A DNA stretch of 64,000 nucleotides, taken from the NCBI RefSeq assembly GCF_001949145.1, contig NW_019091361.1:3373854-3437853 (forward strand), in the 5' to 3' direction. Below the pieces are notes generated by a model. That model did no database searches, was not told the origin of the DNA, and was given only the letters and a program-made list of their open reading frames with translations. The DNA is from Acanthaster planci. Taxonomy: Eukaryota. Position numbers and translations under genes: made by a program. This document shows, piece after piece, positions 53,301-64,000 of the stretch. The stretch's first letter is position 1. Each line of letters begins with the position of its first letter.

Positions 53301-55142
53301 ATTTGTTTCCTTTCTCTAGAACTGTAACAGTTTTTTATTGTGTTCTCCCTACTCCAGAAGGAAGGGGGGTGTGGGGGTGTGTGTGTCGCTGTTCACATAT
53401 TGGATACTCCATGCAAGTCAGTTACTGCTTTCACAATTGTTACAAATGCTTTGTCTACTCCAGGTGCCTTGAACGGTGACCTGTTTCCAGACGCTATACC
53501 GGCACATTCCCAGGCTCTGTTCGGTTGCATTATAGCGACCATGGTGGTCGTTGTGGTCAACTTAAAGGTTGGTAACAGACCTTCTTGCATAACTTCTTGT
53601 ACTTATTAGCTTTTTCAGCTGGTTTGTGTAGTGTTACGCAGGTGTTAGATTCCAACTTGTGAGTTTATTGATTCCAAGGTGACTGGATGTTTCAATGTTG
53701 GTTTAATGATAAGGAGCTGAGACCTCTTTAGGATATTCTGAATACCTGCGATTGGACTGCATGGCCCTTTGACTGTAGTGGGGGTCTGTCCGTCCCAAGT
53801 TTTTGGAAGTCCCTGTAAATCCATCACAAGCCACGCAGTCTCTAGCCAAGTCAAAGGCTATTCAAGTGAACTGTGACAAAAGCAGTTTGCTTTCGTCATT
53901 GGTCATCTTGTTAGTGGTCTTCCAATTGGACTTGGGAAAGGACTTGTGACTGAGCATGTGAAAGGACTTGTGGAGGGACTTTGGACCGTCTTGACTGCAG
54001 CCCTTATAGCCTCGTCCTCATTTCAGAGACCTGAGCAGATATTTCAGAGCAGAATCATGCACCAAGCAAAAAGAAGCTGAGAATTGGTTAAACGAGATAT
54101 ACATTGTATGACATCTTAGTGGTAACCTGTTTTTGCTAAGCAATCATTTTCCTCGCCTAGCGACTTCCTATCCTAATGACTACCGAGTAGTTCTGTGAAA
54201 ATGACTCCTAGGCCTTTTGTTTTCATGAGGAATGGCACCTTGATACGAGTACAGGTGTAGCTAACTTTTTGTCGGAGAGTTCACCAGGCAGTGCATGAAG
54301 TTAGTGTTACAACTAGGGACAATTTTGACTCGTGTTTGTGTATCAGGAGAAGGAAAAAAAATGGTGCTGGGTGCCCTGGTGTAATAAGAATTTCCAAAGA
54401 CTGTGTCCAGTGTCAGTCAGCATGGTTACTAGTTGAGGTGTCTAAGTCTCCATGCTAGAAGCCCGTCGAGATAACCATGCGCTGTGCACAGGAGTCTTAT
54501 CTTCACTTCAGGTACCAAGAAATGTGTGACGTGCACATGCTGCACTGGGCTGAACATGTTTTGTTACTTTTCCCTCCCCCCCGTTTCTTGTCACAGATTG
54601 CTCTAGACACCGCCTACTGGAACATCATCACCCATATTGTCATCTGGGGCAGCATCGTCTTCTACCTGATCTTCATCTTCATGTTCTACAGCCTCCCTTT
54701 CTATGCCACCTTCAGTGCCGTCTTCACCTACGTAGGGGTGCCAGTGATGATGTTCCGCCTGCCGTCCTTCTACTTCTCCCTCGTCCTGGTCTGCACCATC
54801 CTGCTGCTGCCGCTGATGGGCAAGCGGGCAGTGCAGGCCGACGTCCAGCCCATGCTGGTTGACAAGGTGCGGCTGGAGCAGCGCCGGGAACAGCAGGAGC
54901 TCAAGAAGGCCCGCAAGAAGTCGCTGGCGCTGCGGGGGTTCCGAACCCGGGGCTCGGTCAGGGACAGCATGCGGTCCTCAGCGGGCCTGCAGCATGGCGG
55001 CAGCAGTCTGCGGCGCCCGGCCAGCACCCGCTCCGGCTATGCCTTCAGCCACCAGGAGGGTTTCGGAGAGATCATCCAGAAGGGGGTGAACATGAGAGAC
55101 ATCAAGGAGGAGGAGCAGGAAACGGAGGCCAAAGTTTGCTAG
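26375..55142 (+). CDS. ATP8B: P4-type ATPase, ATP8B-class phospholipid flippase; 26 coding exons, ~1187 aa (N-terminal exon tentative)
   Basis: Phase-consistent exon chain (3564 nt) with [54 protein letters not shown], and C-terminal [11 protein letters not shown]. The paralog (8B1/2/4) cannot be assigned. Confidence 0.9.
26849..26907. mobile_element. 59-bp TTAA-flanked palindromic mini-element, second copy
   Basis: Reverse-orientation homologue of 12386-12444. Confidence 0.55.
31946..32004 (+). CDS. ATP8B: ATP8B exon ([20 protein letters not shown])
   Basis: AG/GT boundaries; conserved AN-REYN motif. Confidence 0.85.
32960..33073 (+). CDS. ATP8B: ATP8B exon ([10 protein letters not shown]...FIMQ)
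   Basis: AG/GT; TSKYN..NLFEQF..ANFYF. Confidence 0.9.
34289..34387 (+). CDS. ATP8B: ATP8B exon (LIGPISSL...DDF, TM2)
   Basis: [17 protein letters not shown]. Confidence 0.9.
34815..34876 (+). CDS. ATP8B: ATP8B exon ([12 protein letters not shown])
   Basis: AG/GT; RH-SD-VNNR motif. Confidence 0.88.
36200..36455. repeat. Diverged local tandem duplication (~165-bp period)
   Basis: caagtttgagaa...gcccagagaggg...ttatgcaaag...taacggttgctcataga occurs at ~36224 and ~36388. Confidence 0.6.
37211..37354 (+). CDS. ATP8B: ATP8B exon ([10 protein letters not shown]...ETAELD)
   Basis: AG/GT; actuator domain. Confidence 0.9.
38752..38834 (+). CDS. ATP8B: ATP8B exon (GETNLKVRQ)
   Basis: AG/GT; completes the DGET motif. 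Confidence 0.9.
39122..39369 (+). CDS. ATP8B: ATP8B exon ([13 protein letters not shown]...KLVLV)
   Basis: AG/GT; LLRGC-LRNT, DTKLMQN. Confidence 0.9.
39383..39515. repeat. Degenerate ~12-bp tandem repeat (acaagaccagt-like)
   Basis: Repeated acaagacca/acaagtcc units; related inverted units at ~53930-53985. Confidence 0.5.
40276..40359 (+). CDS. ATP8B: ATP8B exon (TM3, IFLILF...VFQ)
   Basis: AG/GT; hydrophobic; phase 0. Confidence 0.85.
40456..40692. mobile_element. MITE family A, full copy
   Basis: TIR atgggtaattctagaaattagaggtcca ... tggacccctaatttctggaattacccat. Confidence 0.7.
40728..40851. repeat. Near-perfect tandem duplication, 64-bp period, 2 copies
   Basis: aaattcagtaatgaggctttgggttcaacttgcagattttgccagagc at 40728 and 40792. 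Confidence 0.85.
42752..42858 (+). CDS. ATP8B: ATP8B exon (TM4, PISLYV)
   Basis: AG/GT; P4-specific PISL motif. Confidence 0.9.
43212..43374 (+). CDS. ATP8B: ATP8B exon (NEELGQ...DKTGTLTQ phosphorylation site)
   Basis: AG/GT; DKTGT. Confidence 0.92.
43551..43640 (+). CDS. ATP8B: ATP8B exon ([10 protein letters not shown])
   Basis: AG/GT; phase 0. Confidence 0.88.
43950..44112 (+). CDS. ATP8B: ATP8B exon ([14 protein letters not shown])
   Basis: AG/GT; LCHTV motif. Confidence 0.9.
44584..44663 (+). CDS. ATP8B: ATP8B exon ([20 protein letters not shown])
   Basis: AG/GT; SPDE motif. Confidence 0.9.
45190..45411 (+). CDS. ATP8B: ATP8B exon ([12 protein letters not shown]...CKGAD)
   Basis: AG/GT; N-domain motifs. 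Confidence 0.9.
45837..45934 (+). CDS. ATP8B: ATP8B exon ([12 protein letters not shown])
   Basis: AG/GT; GLRTL motif. Confidence 0.9.
45957..47103. mobile_element. ~1.15-kb non-autonomous DNA transposon
   Basis: TIR agccaatgattttccg ... cggaatatcattggct, with subterminal ttccgttt repeats at both ends. Confidence 0.55.
47506..47644 (+). CDS. ATP8B: ATP8B exon ([16 protein letters not shown])
   Basis: AG/GT. Confidence 0.9.
48302..48442 (+). CDS. ATP8B: ATP8B exon ([15 protein letters not shown])
   Basis: AG/GT; TGDK motif. Confidence 0.9.
49357..49521 (+). CDS. ATP8B: ATP8B exon (...[10 protein letters not shown])
   Basis: AG/GT; phase 0. Confidence 0.85.
50420..50519. mobile_element. 100-bp palindromic MITE
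   Basis: tgagtaaaacgattgcagttacgccatgga ... tccatggtgtaaccgcaatcgttttactca (~30-bp TIR). Confidence 0.6.
50668..50854 (+). CDS. ATP8B: ATP8B exon ([10 protein letters not shown]...[11 protein letters not shown])
   Basis: AG/GT; GDGAND motif. Confidence 0.92.
51538..51619 (+). CDS. ATP8B: ATP8B exon ([26 protein letters not shown])
   Basis: AG acceptor; ends at an AT-type donor ATATCCAT. Confidence 0.88.
51620..52084 (+). other. U12-type (minor spliceosome) AT-AC intron
   Basis: 5' ATATCCAT, branch site TCCTTAAC at 52067-52074, 3' CAC; removal restores conserved [14 protein letters not shown]. Confidence 0.88.
52085..52226 (+). CDS. ATP8B: ATP8B exon ([14 protein letters not shown]...GFSAM)
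   Basis: AC acceptor, GTGAGT donor; YFFYKNF. Confidence 0.88.
52739..52822 (+). CDS. ATP8B: ATP8B exon (YNIIFTSLP...FDQ)
   Basis: AG/GT. Confidence 0.9.
52947..53088 (+). CDS. ATP8B: ATP8B exon ([18 protein letters not shown])
   Basis: AG/GT. Confidence 0.9.
53464..53567 (+). CDS. ATP8B: ATP8B exon (GALNGD...VVVVNLK)
   Basis: AG/GT; transmembrane segment. Confidence 0.85.
54597..55142 (+). CDS. ATP8B: ATP8B last coding exon (IALDTAYW...[11 protein letters not shown]...AKVC*)
   Basis: tcacag acceptor; GYAFS motif; TAG stop. Confidence 0.9.
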   Translation: MALDTAYWNIITHIVIWGSIVFYLIFIFMFYSLPFYATFSAVFTYVGVPVMMFRLPSFYFSLVLVCTILLLPLMGKRAVQADVQPMLVDKVRLEQRREQQELKKARKKSLALRGFRTRGSVRDSMRSSAGLQHGGSSLRRPASTRSGYAFSHQEGFGEIIQKGVNMRDIKEEEQETEAKVC

Positions 55143-57715
55143 GAAATGTCTGCAGCTCCGGGGCAACCACTGTCCCCTTGGTCTTTAATACAAAGGTCCT
55201 GGAGGTCAGGGATGAATCACCTTGAGCTTCCTGGTAGTAGAACATACTATAAACTTCAAGTTTATAGTTTATTAAGTGTAAACCTTAATCTTTAAACCAA
55301 CACACCTATCCTCATTCATATCTTTGTGCCTCGTACCATCTGTCTTAGACGTAGAAATATTGGTAGTGTAAAACCAGGCATTCCTGAAAACGATGAATCA
55401 GGAGCAAATTTCTGGACTAACTATCTGTACAAGAAACAGTTGTAAAGGCTTCTATTTGTTCGAGAGAGTTACTGTGTACATTATTCATTCCCCAGAATCC
55501 CAGCATTCGTTTGTGCTGTGTCAGTATTTCTATGAAACTGGTGGAGGTGAGCTTGCATCTTTAAAACTGACAGAAAAAGGTTCATCTTACACGCTCAGAG
55601 AAATGAAGATAACTGAATGTACAGAGTCATTTTTTACATCTTTTTGTGGCTTCTTTGTTGTACTGAAGGCATGGTTTTGCACATTGAGTGCATTACGTGC
55701 TGTGTTGTGGGCATCGGCTACTTTTCTTTACCAAGAATTTGTGGATGCTATTTATGAACAAATTGTTATAATTTGGGGGTTTTTTTTCGCTTATGTGAGA
55801 AATTTATATTTTTCAGACTTCCTCTTTACATGTATCTGCGAAAATCAGGATGTATATGTTTTAAGTTGTAGTTTCTGGACATTTGTTAACCACTCGCTGC
55901 CAGGGTGTTTCATGGCTGGGGTGCTCGAAGTCGGAACTTTCTTTCCCAAAAGACAGAGCTTGCCAATCAAGGTTCATGTGCTGTCAGCGCTGAGTGATGG
56001 CATTATTGGAGGTAGTCCGTCATTGTTTTGAAACAGTACTATTGTTTGTTGTTGCCAGCGCAGCGGATTATCAGCGAGGACAAAAGCGCTCCAGTGATGA
56101 GCTATACAATACAGCTGCACGCTTGTGGAATCTGGCCGCATCGGCACCGACAATACTGCTGCACAGCATTCATTGAGCCGGTGTGCCTGATGAATGGCCT
56201 GGTTCACCCTCACGGCCAATGCGCTACTTTATCGTCAATCGCTCTACATAGCAACACTGCCATCCAGCATAGCAATGCACTGGGCCAATTCCTGGAACAA
56301 AGAGGAAATTATGCGACACCGCACAATGGGGGCTCTTTAATGGGTGGCAGGTGTGGCTGCAACACTCATGCGTCAGTGGAGGTTCCCCGTCAGATGGCCA
56401 GAAGACAGTCACTCGTTTGGGTGTACGCGTCCAGCAAATGAAGATAATAATTTTTTAAGAATTTTGGAACATTGGAAAAAAATGAAAAAGTGCCCGGCGG
56501 CAGGTGACGCTTGCTGCTACCGGTCACTCCACCCAGAATGAAGTGGTAATGCTTGTTTCTAAGTCTAACAATTCCAGTGTGTAAATTTTTGCTTGTATTG
56601 TTAGGAATGCTGTTGATAAGAGCTTGATAGGCTTTAAGACTCACTTCTCAGATTCAACACGTCATTCAACAGTTGGTTTTTACACCTTTGGGAGTCGCAC
56701 CGTGGTTTACACGCTCAAATTGAAGTAAAGATTCATCAAGGACTTGTCAGCAGTCACCTTGTACAATTTATTATTCAGTAACATTTTCATGTACAGTGTT
56801 GGCAAGCGAGACGTGCTTGCATTTGGGGGAAAGGCTTTTCTTTTTTTTAACTCCCTAAGGTTTTTCATAAAAAATTGTATGCATTGGTATTTTTCAGGTG
56901 ATAAAGCTAAAATGCCCTATATCAGTCAGAAATGTGAAACGTTCATTCTTGGGTTTGAGGGAAATATTTACATGTACTTCAGGTATCCATGCTGGTGAGG
57001 GCTAACCGTACAGTTTTAATGAAAAGTTTTTTTTTCACCCAGAAGTTTTCACTCCTCTTTCAAATGAAAGATTGAAGACTGTTGGGGTTAGTAGAGCCTG
57101 AATGTAGGTGGTCAGTGAGCTTCCGGAACCCTCGCGCTGTCCGCCTATGGGGATTTTACATGGAGTCGTCTGATCACGTTCGATAATTTGGGAAAGAATG
57201 ATTCCTAACTGAAACCATCCTAAGAAACACTAATGTTGGAATTTTAACCGTGTTTTCCTCAAGTAGGATGTTGGAAAAGTCACCTGGAGATGGGTAAAAA
57301 GCGAAGTTCATTAACAACCTTTCACTTACAGCAGTATCGTTCCCAGGGCTCCTTGTTTGTGCATGCTTGTTTCCCATTCGTAAGCTTACATGTATGTGCG
57401 AACGAGTTTGTACAATGTTTGTGAAGATTTTACTTGCAGTCGATGGCATCTAGATTCAGTTGAGTTGACCTGACCACTGAATTGCACTCTCTTCGTGTAT
57501 TTTAGATTTTTGGAAGTGAGAAGTAAAATTTTGGCAGGATATTTCTCTTTCAGGTCAGGTAAGTTTTCAGTTTTTATAAATTACATGCTAGCAAATATTT
57601 TACAAAGACCTTTTTCTGATGTGATATTTTTATGAAGTAAACAAACGGAAAAAAATTAGAAATTCTAAAATTGTTGGATTTTTTTTCCCTAAAGGTTGTA
57701 ACATGTCTAAGGGTT

Positions 57716-57948
57716 TATATAACTCAGACTGGCCAGCCGACCCCGGCAAGCTCGGTGGTTGAGTGGTTAAGACGTCTGCACTAGTAAGCAGGAGGTAGTG
57801 GGTTCGAGTCCCAACTGAGTAAGCTTGTGAATTTTTCACAAGTTCTCGGACAATCACTGAGCATACAGTGTTTATCAATATATGTTGGGTAAGGGCAAAA
57901 CCCGTTGTATAAATTAACATCTCCCCAATGCAAAAATACATCTTGAAA
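57716..57948 (+). mobile_element. tRNA-derived SINE with 13-bp target-site duplication
   Basis: A box TGGTTGAGTGG and B box GGTTCGAGTCC in a degenerate cloverleaf at 57749-57821; flanked by atgtctaagggtt at 57703-57715 and 57949-57961. Confidence 0.7.
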
Positions 57949-60900
57949 ATGTCTAAGGGTTCCTGCTGTACGCCACCAGGGGTCAACTTTAACTAATCAT
58001 GTGGAAGCAAAGGTTGACTACGTCAACCTTTCATTTCTTTATTACTTAATGAAATTTGGTATATTAGCAATTAATTTTTACATATTTTGAAATTGTATAT
58101 ATTTTGTTCTCAATGGAAAGAGTAGTGTGATTTTCTATTAGGTAGAGCACCATTATTGATTGACCTTTTAACAAAAAATGTTTGGGGATTGGGGCTTTCA
58201 TGTGCGTACTGAAGCATTTTAAATGTTTTTGCCACAATTTTCAGCTCAGGAGATACACAGTTGACTTGGGACAGAATGACATTGCACTGTGTTTGCAGCA
58301 TTCCATGTTCAGAGTTACCGTAGGTTGGGACAGGGATGTCAACAGGTAGCATCTCCCTGGCTCAGTGCTGTGAAAAGAGTCAAAGTCTAGGACGTATATA
58401 GCCTAGCAATCTGTTTGCAAGCGAACGCAGGACATTGCAGCGACCAACGTGTGACGTCATTAAGTCTGTTTCGGAGGACCTGAGTGTAGGGGTCCACAGC
58501 TGACTGAAAGAGCTCAAAGTAGATTTGGGGCAGTGTGGCGGTCGCGTTGAAGATATGATTAGGTGGTTGAATCTTGTGGGTCCTGAGACCGTCTCCGCCA
58601 CACTTCGGCAAGGAACATTGCTAAGGGAGTCTTTTCTCTTTTGTACTCGTTCCATGCTCATCCTATTGGATGCATTGCTGAGGCAACAAGAGCCAAAGGA
58701 GGATTTTTCCATTGCATCCAGGCTTCGTCTCCATTTTGGTTTTCATCTCAGTTTTTGCAGTGACCTTTAAACCCCTCGCGCGGCACGGGGGTTACCTTTC
58801 ACCAGGGCTCTATGTAAACTTTTGCCTCTTGACAATGCTTGAGTTTACATCTGTCCATGTGACACCCGTCGGAAACTCATGTACCAAACATTTGCCTTGT
58901 GTCAGCTTAATAGAGGTTTCCGAAACTGCCTCATGGTTGAGAAATGAAACTGTGCTTAGCTTAAACTCAGGTGTGCTAAATTCATAAACTGTCATCCGAA
59001 GTGACGAACACAGCTTAGATGGGAAAAACTCCCAGGACTGGCCCCTCAGACCTTACTATTGAATGCCAGCACCCCCAGGCAGGTGTGCATAGAACTTTAA
59101 GCATCATACTGTTTGTGGAAACGAACTAATGTATTTTAAGTATAACTGATTCTAAAGTTAAAATGGAATTTTTTTTCCTGTAATTGTAAGAAATAGATTG
59201 GTTAACTTTAACTGTTTTGTAAGAGAACTTGTACAAGATAAAAAAAACACCTTTTAAATTAGGCCATTTTTTGGGCAAATGAATTTTAAAGGAGTTGTTA
59301 CTTGTGTATGTATGTGGAGGGGTGTGTGCTTCCAACATATTAAAAAAAAATGACAATGTACATTAAAGAGTATCTACCTGGAGAAAAAAAAAGTAAAATC
59401 TATTGTGATTAAAGTTGTGGATGTCGGAATTTGTGCCCAAATATCAGGTGTTATACTCCACCAAACATTTGGGGCACAGGATTTTCTTGTTGCATTATAC
59501 ATGTATGTGCGTTTGTATATCGGAACATTATGGCATTGATTCATTGTGTGAATGCTCCTGAAATAGTGTTTATCCATTTCTCCTGATTCTTGTAAGAATC
59601 CTATGTTGCATTTTTCACTTTAATTTTAAAAAGCCTAATTTCACCTTTTTTTTATTTTATGGGGAGGTTTAATGGAAACGTTTGAAAGGTTTTCAAATTT
59701 GAGTGAAGTAGCTTTTTTGCATGGATTACTATTCAAGAGTTTTTCTTTTTTGGTCTTAACCCATTATGGTGAAGCATTTTGTCGTGAAGTAATAATTGAG
59801 GTCTCGGTGGTGAACACTGTAGCAGAAACATTGGTGCAGTTTCCTCTATGCACTTTTACAAAGGTCCACTTCATGAAAGAAGGACTTGTGGTGTTTGTCA
59901 GTCAAATACAGTTTGTACATCATGTCAGTGTCTGGGGTTTCAGTTGGCAATTCTATTTTCATATGCATATTCTGGTAATGTACAAACCGAAACCGAAGGC
60001 CATAGTGTGTACTTGTACTATTTTTCTATCTAAACCTCTGTTGGTGAAGTGTGTGGCAAGTCCATTTTTGTTCTGAAATAATAACTTTGTCGTCAGCTAC
60101 ATGGAAGTTTAATTTGGGTTAAATTCTGAAAACAATAGTTGACGTTAAAGTCGTGTATACGTAGTTTTGGTGTAATGGTGATATACGGAAAAGGTAGATT
60201 AAATCAATCACTGGAGTAATGTTTGTGTGTGCATTGTGAACTGTTGATTTCTGCACTCCTTGGAGGTTTCTCACACAATTTCCAGGCTGCTATTCAGGAC
60301 TGACATATTATTTTATTGATATCGCCCTCAGTGTGACTTAAAACATAAAATAGTACAAAAGATAAACACATAACATAATCACATAAACCACACAAACTAC
60401 TAACTTTCAATTAGATTTTTGCACATCCCTAAAGCCACAAATCCAAGGTTACAACATCTCCAAAGCCATCACAATGGGCAGTAGAGATGGTTCTGATAAC
60501 AGTATTTAAACTAAAAAAATAATAAATATCCCCACTTTCATAACAATGCAAACAGCAAAGACATTTCTAGCGGAGGGAGAGACAAAAATCTTGCAGTACA
60601 ATAAATTTAATAGAAATTCACAATGAAGTGCAATACTTGAAAATTCCATCTGTTTCTCTTGTACAGGTACATGCCAAATTCTTAGGTATGATTAAATTCC
60701 TTTTGAGAAAAAAACAATCACGAGGTTCAACATGTATGAATGCTCGAAGTCCTGTGGTGCCTACATGTACGTGTATATTGATGCACTGGAAGCGCTAAGG
60801 AGTGTTATGGTACGTGTACATTGAAGTACCCGTTTTATGGGCTCCATACAGAAATGACAAAGGACACCTTTTCGTACTTGGGGGGAAAAAGCATTCCTAA

Positions 60901-61560
60901 GGCTAGCATGCAGTGTGTAATCGTAGGATTCAGAATTTATTTCAGGATTTATTTATTCGGTACTTCATCACAAGTAAAACCAGGGATAGCCCATGAAAGT
61001 TTTGCGTACATGTACAATACATGTACATGCACTGTGCACAGGAATGTGTGGTGTATATTGAGGTTCAATTGGTACATAGGAAAAATTGTTAATACTTGCT
61101 GTACAAAGTTTAAAACAAAAAAGAGACAATTACAGGGTGCAGTAGGACCTAGACGAGGGAAATGTCCCACAAAACCAATGATCACTGAAAACTGACAAAA
61201 AGACTTTCAAATCCACCACAGGGAAATCTCAAGTCCATGGACTACAAACCTGCTTGTAACGGGCAGAACTGCATGTACATGTATGTGCATAATTATGACG
61301 AGAGAGTCTGCTCTCTATTGCAGTTCATTTTGAATAGCTAATTGCAACTCTATCAGTCCGGCTGAGTTCTGATTATCTTACAAATGACATTATTACTTGA
61401 TTATGACTTTGACAAAAAAAAAAACATTAAAAAAAATGAGGGAGGCGGAAGGGAAAACCCTATGACAAATTTGCAACAGTTTCAATGAGAACTCACACCC
61501 ATTTAAACAAGATACTTCAAATCGGTAGCAAGAAAACAAATCTGTCTGCCCAAATGATAC

Positions 61561-61814
61561 ATGGGTAGTTCCAGAAATCAGGGGTCCATTTTTTTCCAGG
61601 TCCCTGTTTCATCCGACATGATTTTGTGGTTCAGAACACATTTTAGGATTTCCATGAGTGACGAATCAAAGCAAATTATCTACCGAACAAATAACAATGG
61701 TTTGAAATCAGTTCTGGTTTATATTTCCATGTCAGATAACAAAGGTCAGATGTACATGTAACAAGGATACGAAAATGTCAAACTTTTGGACCCCTTATTT
61801 CTGGAATTACCCAT
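61561..61814. mobile_element. MITE family A, diverged copy 3
   Basis: atgggtagttccagaaatcaggggtcca ... tggaccccttatttctggaattacccat. Confidence 0.65.
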
Positions 61815-61920
61815 ATGACAGTTGCTTCCTGAAATTTGAACTAATCTACCGTACTGACATCTTGTGACAAGTTCAATAACGAGACTACTATTGCAAACAT
61901 TTCAATCACTGCTCTCACTA

Positions 61921-62260
61921 CACTGGTACAGGTGTAACACTGGTACAGGTGAAACACTGGTACAGGTGTAACACTGGTACAGGTGTAACACTGGTGCAGG
62001 TGTAACACTGGTGCAGGTGTAACACTGGTACAGGTGAAACACTGGTACAGGTGTAACACTGGTACAGGTGTAACACTGGTGCAGGTGTAACACTGGTACA
62101 GGTGAAACACTGGTGCAGGTGTAACACTGGTACAGGTGAAACACTGGTGCAGGTGTAACACTGGTACAGGTGAAACACTGGTACAGGTGTAACACTGGTA
62201 CAGGTGAAACACTGGTGCAGGTGTAACACTGGTACAAGTGTAACACTGGTACAGGTGTAA
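61921..62260. repeat. 17-bp minisatellite, 20 copies (CACTGGTRCAGGTGWAA)
   Basis: Directly visible tandem array; explains the three repetitive overlapping ORFs in the track. Confidence 0.95.
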
Positions 62261-64000
62261 CAGTCAGCTATGGTAATAAATATCAGTATATATAATATTT
62301 ACAAAGTACAAAGGCAACAGCTATGTATATGTATATTTGGTTTGATCTTAAGAAAAGTGTTAATTAAGCACTAACAGTTTTGGAAAAAGCCACATAAAGA
62401 CAGGCAAATGTTTAATTTAATAGATGCACTTGTCTAATGCTGAAGCACTGAATGCCATAACTTGTTCAAATCCATGCATTTTTTTACTATCAAAATATAC
62501 CTCTGTGTATAGATCCATGCTTCTACATGTAGCAAACACTGAAGAGAAATCCTCACTGGCATTTTTACAGGCCTGTGCCTATGGTCTCGTAGCAAGAAAC
62601 GTGCAGTGCTGCAGACAAACGTTTGACCGTGCAACGAGACAATCTCTGAGTGACTAAGCTGTGGCTTGAAATTACACATGACTCTATGGGTAAAGGCTGC
62701 AACCACTAGGTAGACTCATGTGCACTTTCAACCTGCAGCCAAGTAATTTGGACACAGCCTTGTTACTCGGCTTCTCCTGGACAGTACACAAGCACCAACG
62801 CAAGCCAGTGGCTACAGCTATTTGTCACAGCCCCGTGTTGTTGCTGTCCACATAGGATGCTGCCTCATGGGCATTCACCTGCTCTGTGAGATGGTATACC
62901 CACGGCGAATTGTCTTGAGAAGAATATGGAACATTCGGAAATGTTCCCTTTGAAAATACCACCTGTCCATATTAGACAGTGCACTTGTCCTACCTGCATA
63001 AACCTACGCACACTGTGAATGGCAGATAGCACACCAGTATCTATACAAAACATTCTGTCTGATCAGCTGCTGATCAGACAGCTGCTGGGCTTGGAAGTAT
63101 GAGTAGATAGCAACACCTCCCCCTAAAAGGAGAAATAAATGAAGACCCACTCTCTGTGATGGTACTGAGTACCAGTAGGTACATGATCATACTCTGGGCA
63201 GATACTAACACTCTGCCAATATGTGCTGTACATGTAGGTACTAAATCATAAGCTGTGAAATACATGTACATGTAATTCTGAGCAATTTATAAACATGATT
63301 ATGTGGAATTTGAGCTGCTGCATACATTAAGCCTGTATTAGCTACTTTTCTCTTTGCAGCTCGTAAAATTTACCTAAAAAACAGTGTAAGACCCAATATA
63401 CTAGTATCTTGATAATGTCTGTCACTGTTTTAAATTTGGTGTAAATGCACCACAAATAAACCATGGCCAGCCTCTTAGTTACACGACGCCACTTTCCAGA
63501 ATGCATCACTTGATCTACTGCTCCATGGATGCAGCCATCTTGGTACAAAGCACTGTGGTAATGCTTTTTAACGGGCGATGGGCGTCCCTTGTGCCCTGCC
63601 ACTAACATACATGTCCCACAATGCTTTCGCGCCAAGCAACATTTGGCAAAGATGGTGATAACTGAAGCAGCAGCTGAACTTTAAACGTCTATTCACAATT
63701 TAAAAAGGTTCAATATGTCTACCTTTCAGGTTGACTTCCAGAAGTCCAAACCTGCTTGGGTCTTTTGTTAATATTACCAGGGCTGAGTTGCAGTCACATC
63801 AATTATAAAACACTTGTTTTAGCATTACCTACAAACTGGGAAACATGCAAATCTTCATTGGAACAATTATTAAGAATGTGTTTGTCCAAAATGGTACATG
63901 TACATGTAGTTCCTCGACAAGCACCATAGCATATTCTAAAATTCCTGAAAAAAAATTACTTTTGCTGATGGTACATGAATAAATTAGGGAATTTCACATG

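Noticed and set aside
55393..56441. ORFs of 212 and 137 aa after the ATP8B stop, or an alternative last exon
   Set aside because: No recognisable homology or exon-like codon bias, and no convincing upstream donor; likely 3' UTR.
57749..57821. Functional tRNA-Thr(AGT) gene
   Set aside because: 8-nt anticodon loop, mismatched acceptor and T stems, and embedding in a TSD-flanked element point to a SINE head.
58380..58770. GC-richer patch with overlapping ORFs on both strands
   Set aside because: No identifiable protein motif or splice framework.
61841..62246. Cys/His-rich repetitive ORFs or a CRISPR-like array
   Set aside because: These are translations of a 17-bp tandem repeat with no unique spacers, in a eukaryotic context.
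62700..63700. Possible terminal exons of a minus-strand gene (acceptor-like site near 63123)
   Set aside because: All frames stop early and nothing is recognisable; cannot be supported within this window.

Overview
Eukaryotic genomic DNA, apparently from an invertebrate animal, with AT-rich introns full of (TACATG)n. Two intron-containing + strand genes were reconstructed by hand with phase-consistent splice sites. The first is CFAP53/CCDC11, a ciliary coiled-coil protein (7 coding exons, 7189-13027, 523 aa). The second is an ATP8B-class P4-ATPase phospholipid flippase (26 coding exons, ~26375-55142, ~1187 aa) containing a U12-type AT-AC intron. The most striking unexplained element lies upstream of and divergent from CFAP53: a ~2.1 kb imperfect inverted repeat (arms ~2687-3664 and ~3820-4799). 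Its arm-to-arm differences are strongly biased toward G:U wobble pairs on the minus strand, the signature of a ~1 kb-stem hairpin RNA. Its loop is G-poor and carries repeated CUAAC/CUGAC motifs. Also present are a minimal hammerhead-ribozyme motif in a CFAP53 intron, a tRNA-derived SINE with TSD, several MITE families, a LINE 3' remnant and a 17-bp minisatellite. All alignments and counts are manual; no database searches were run.
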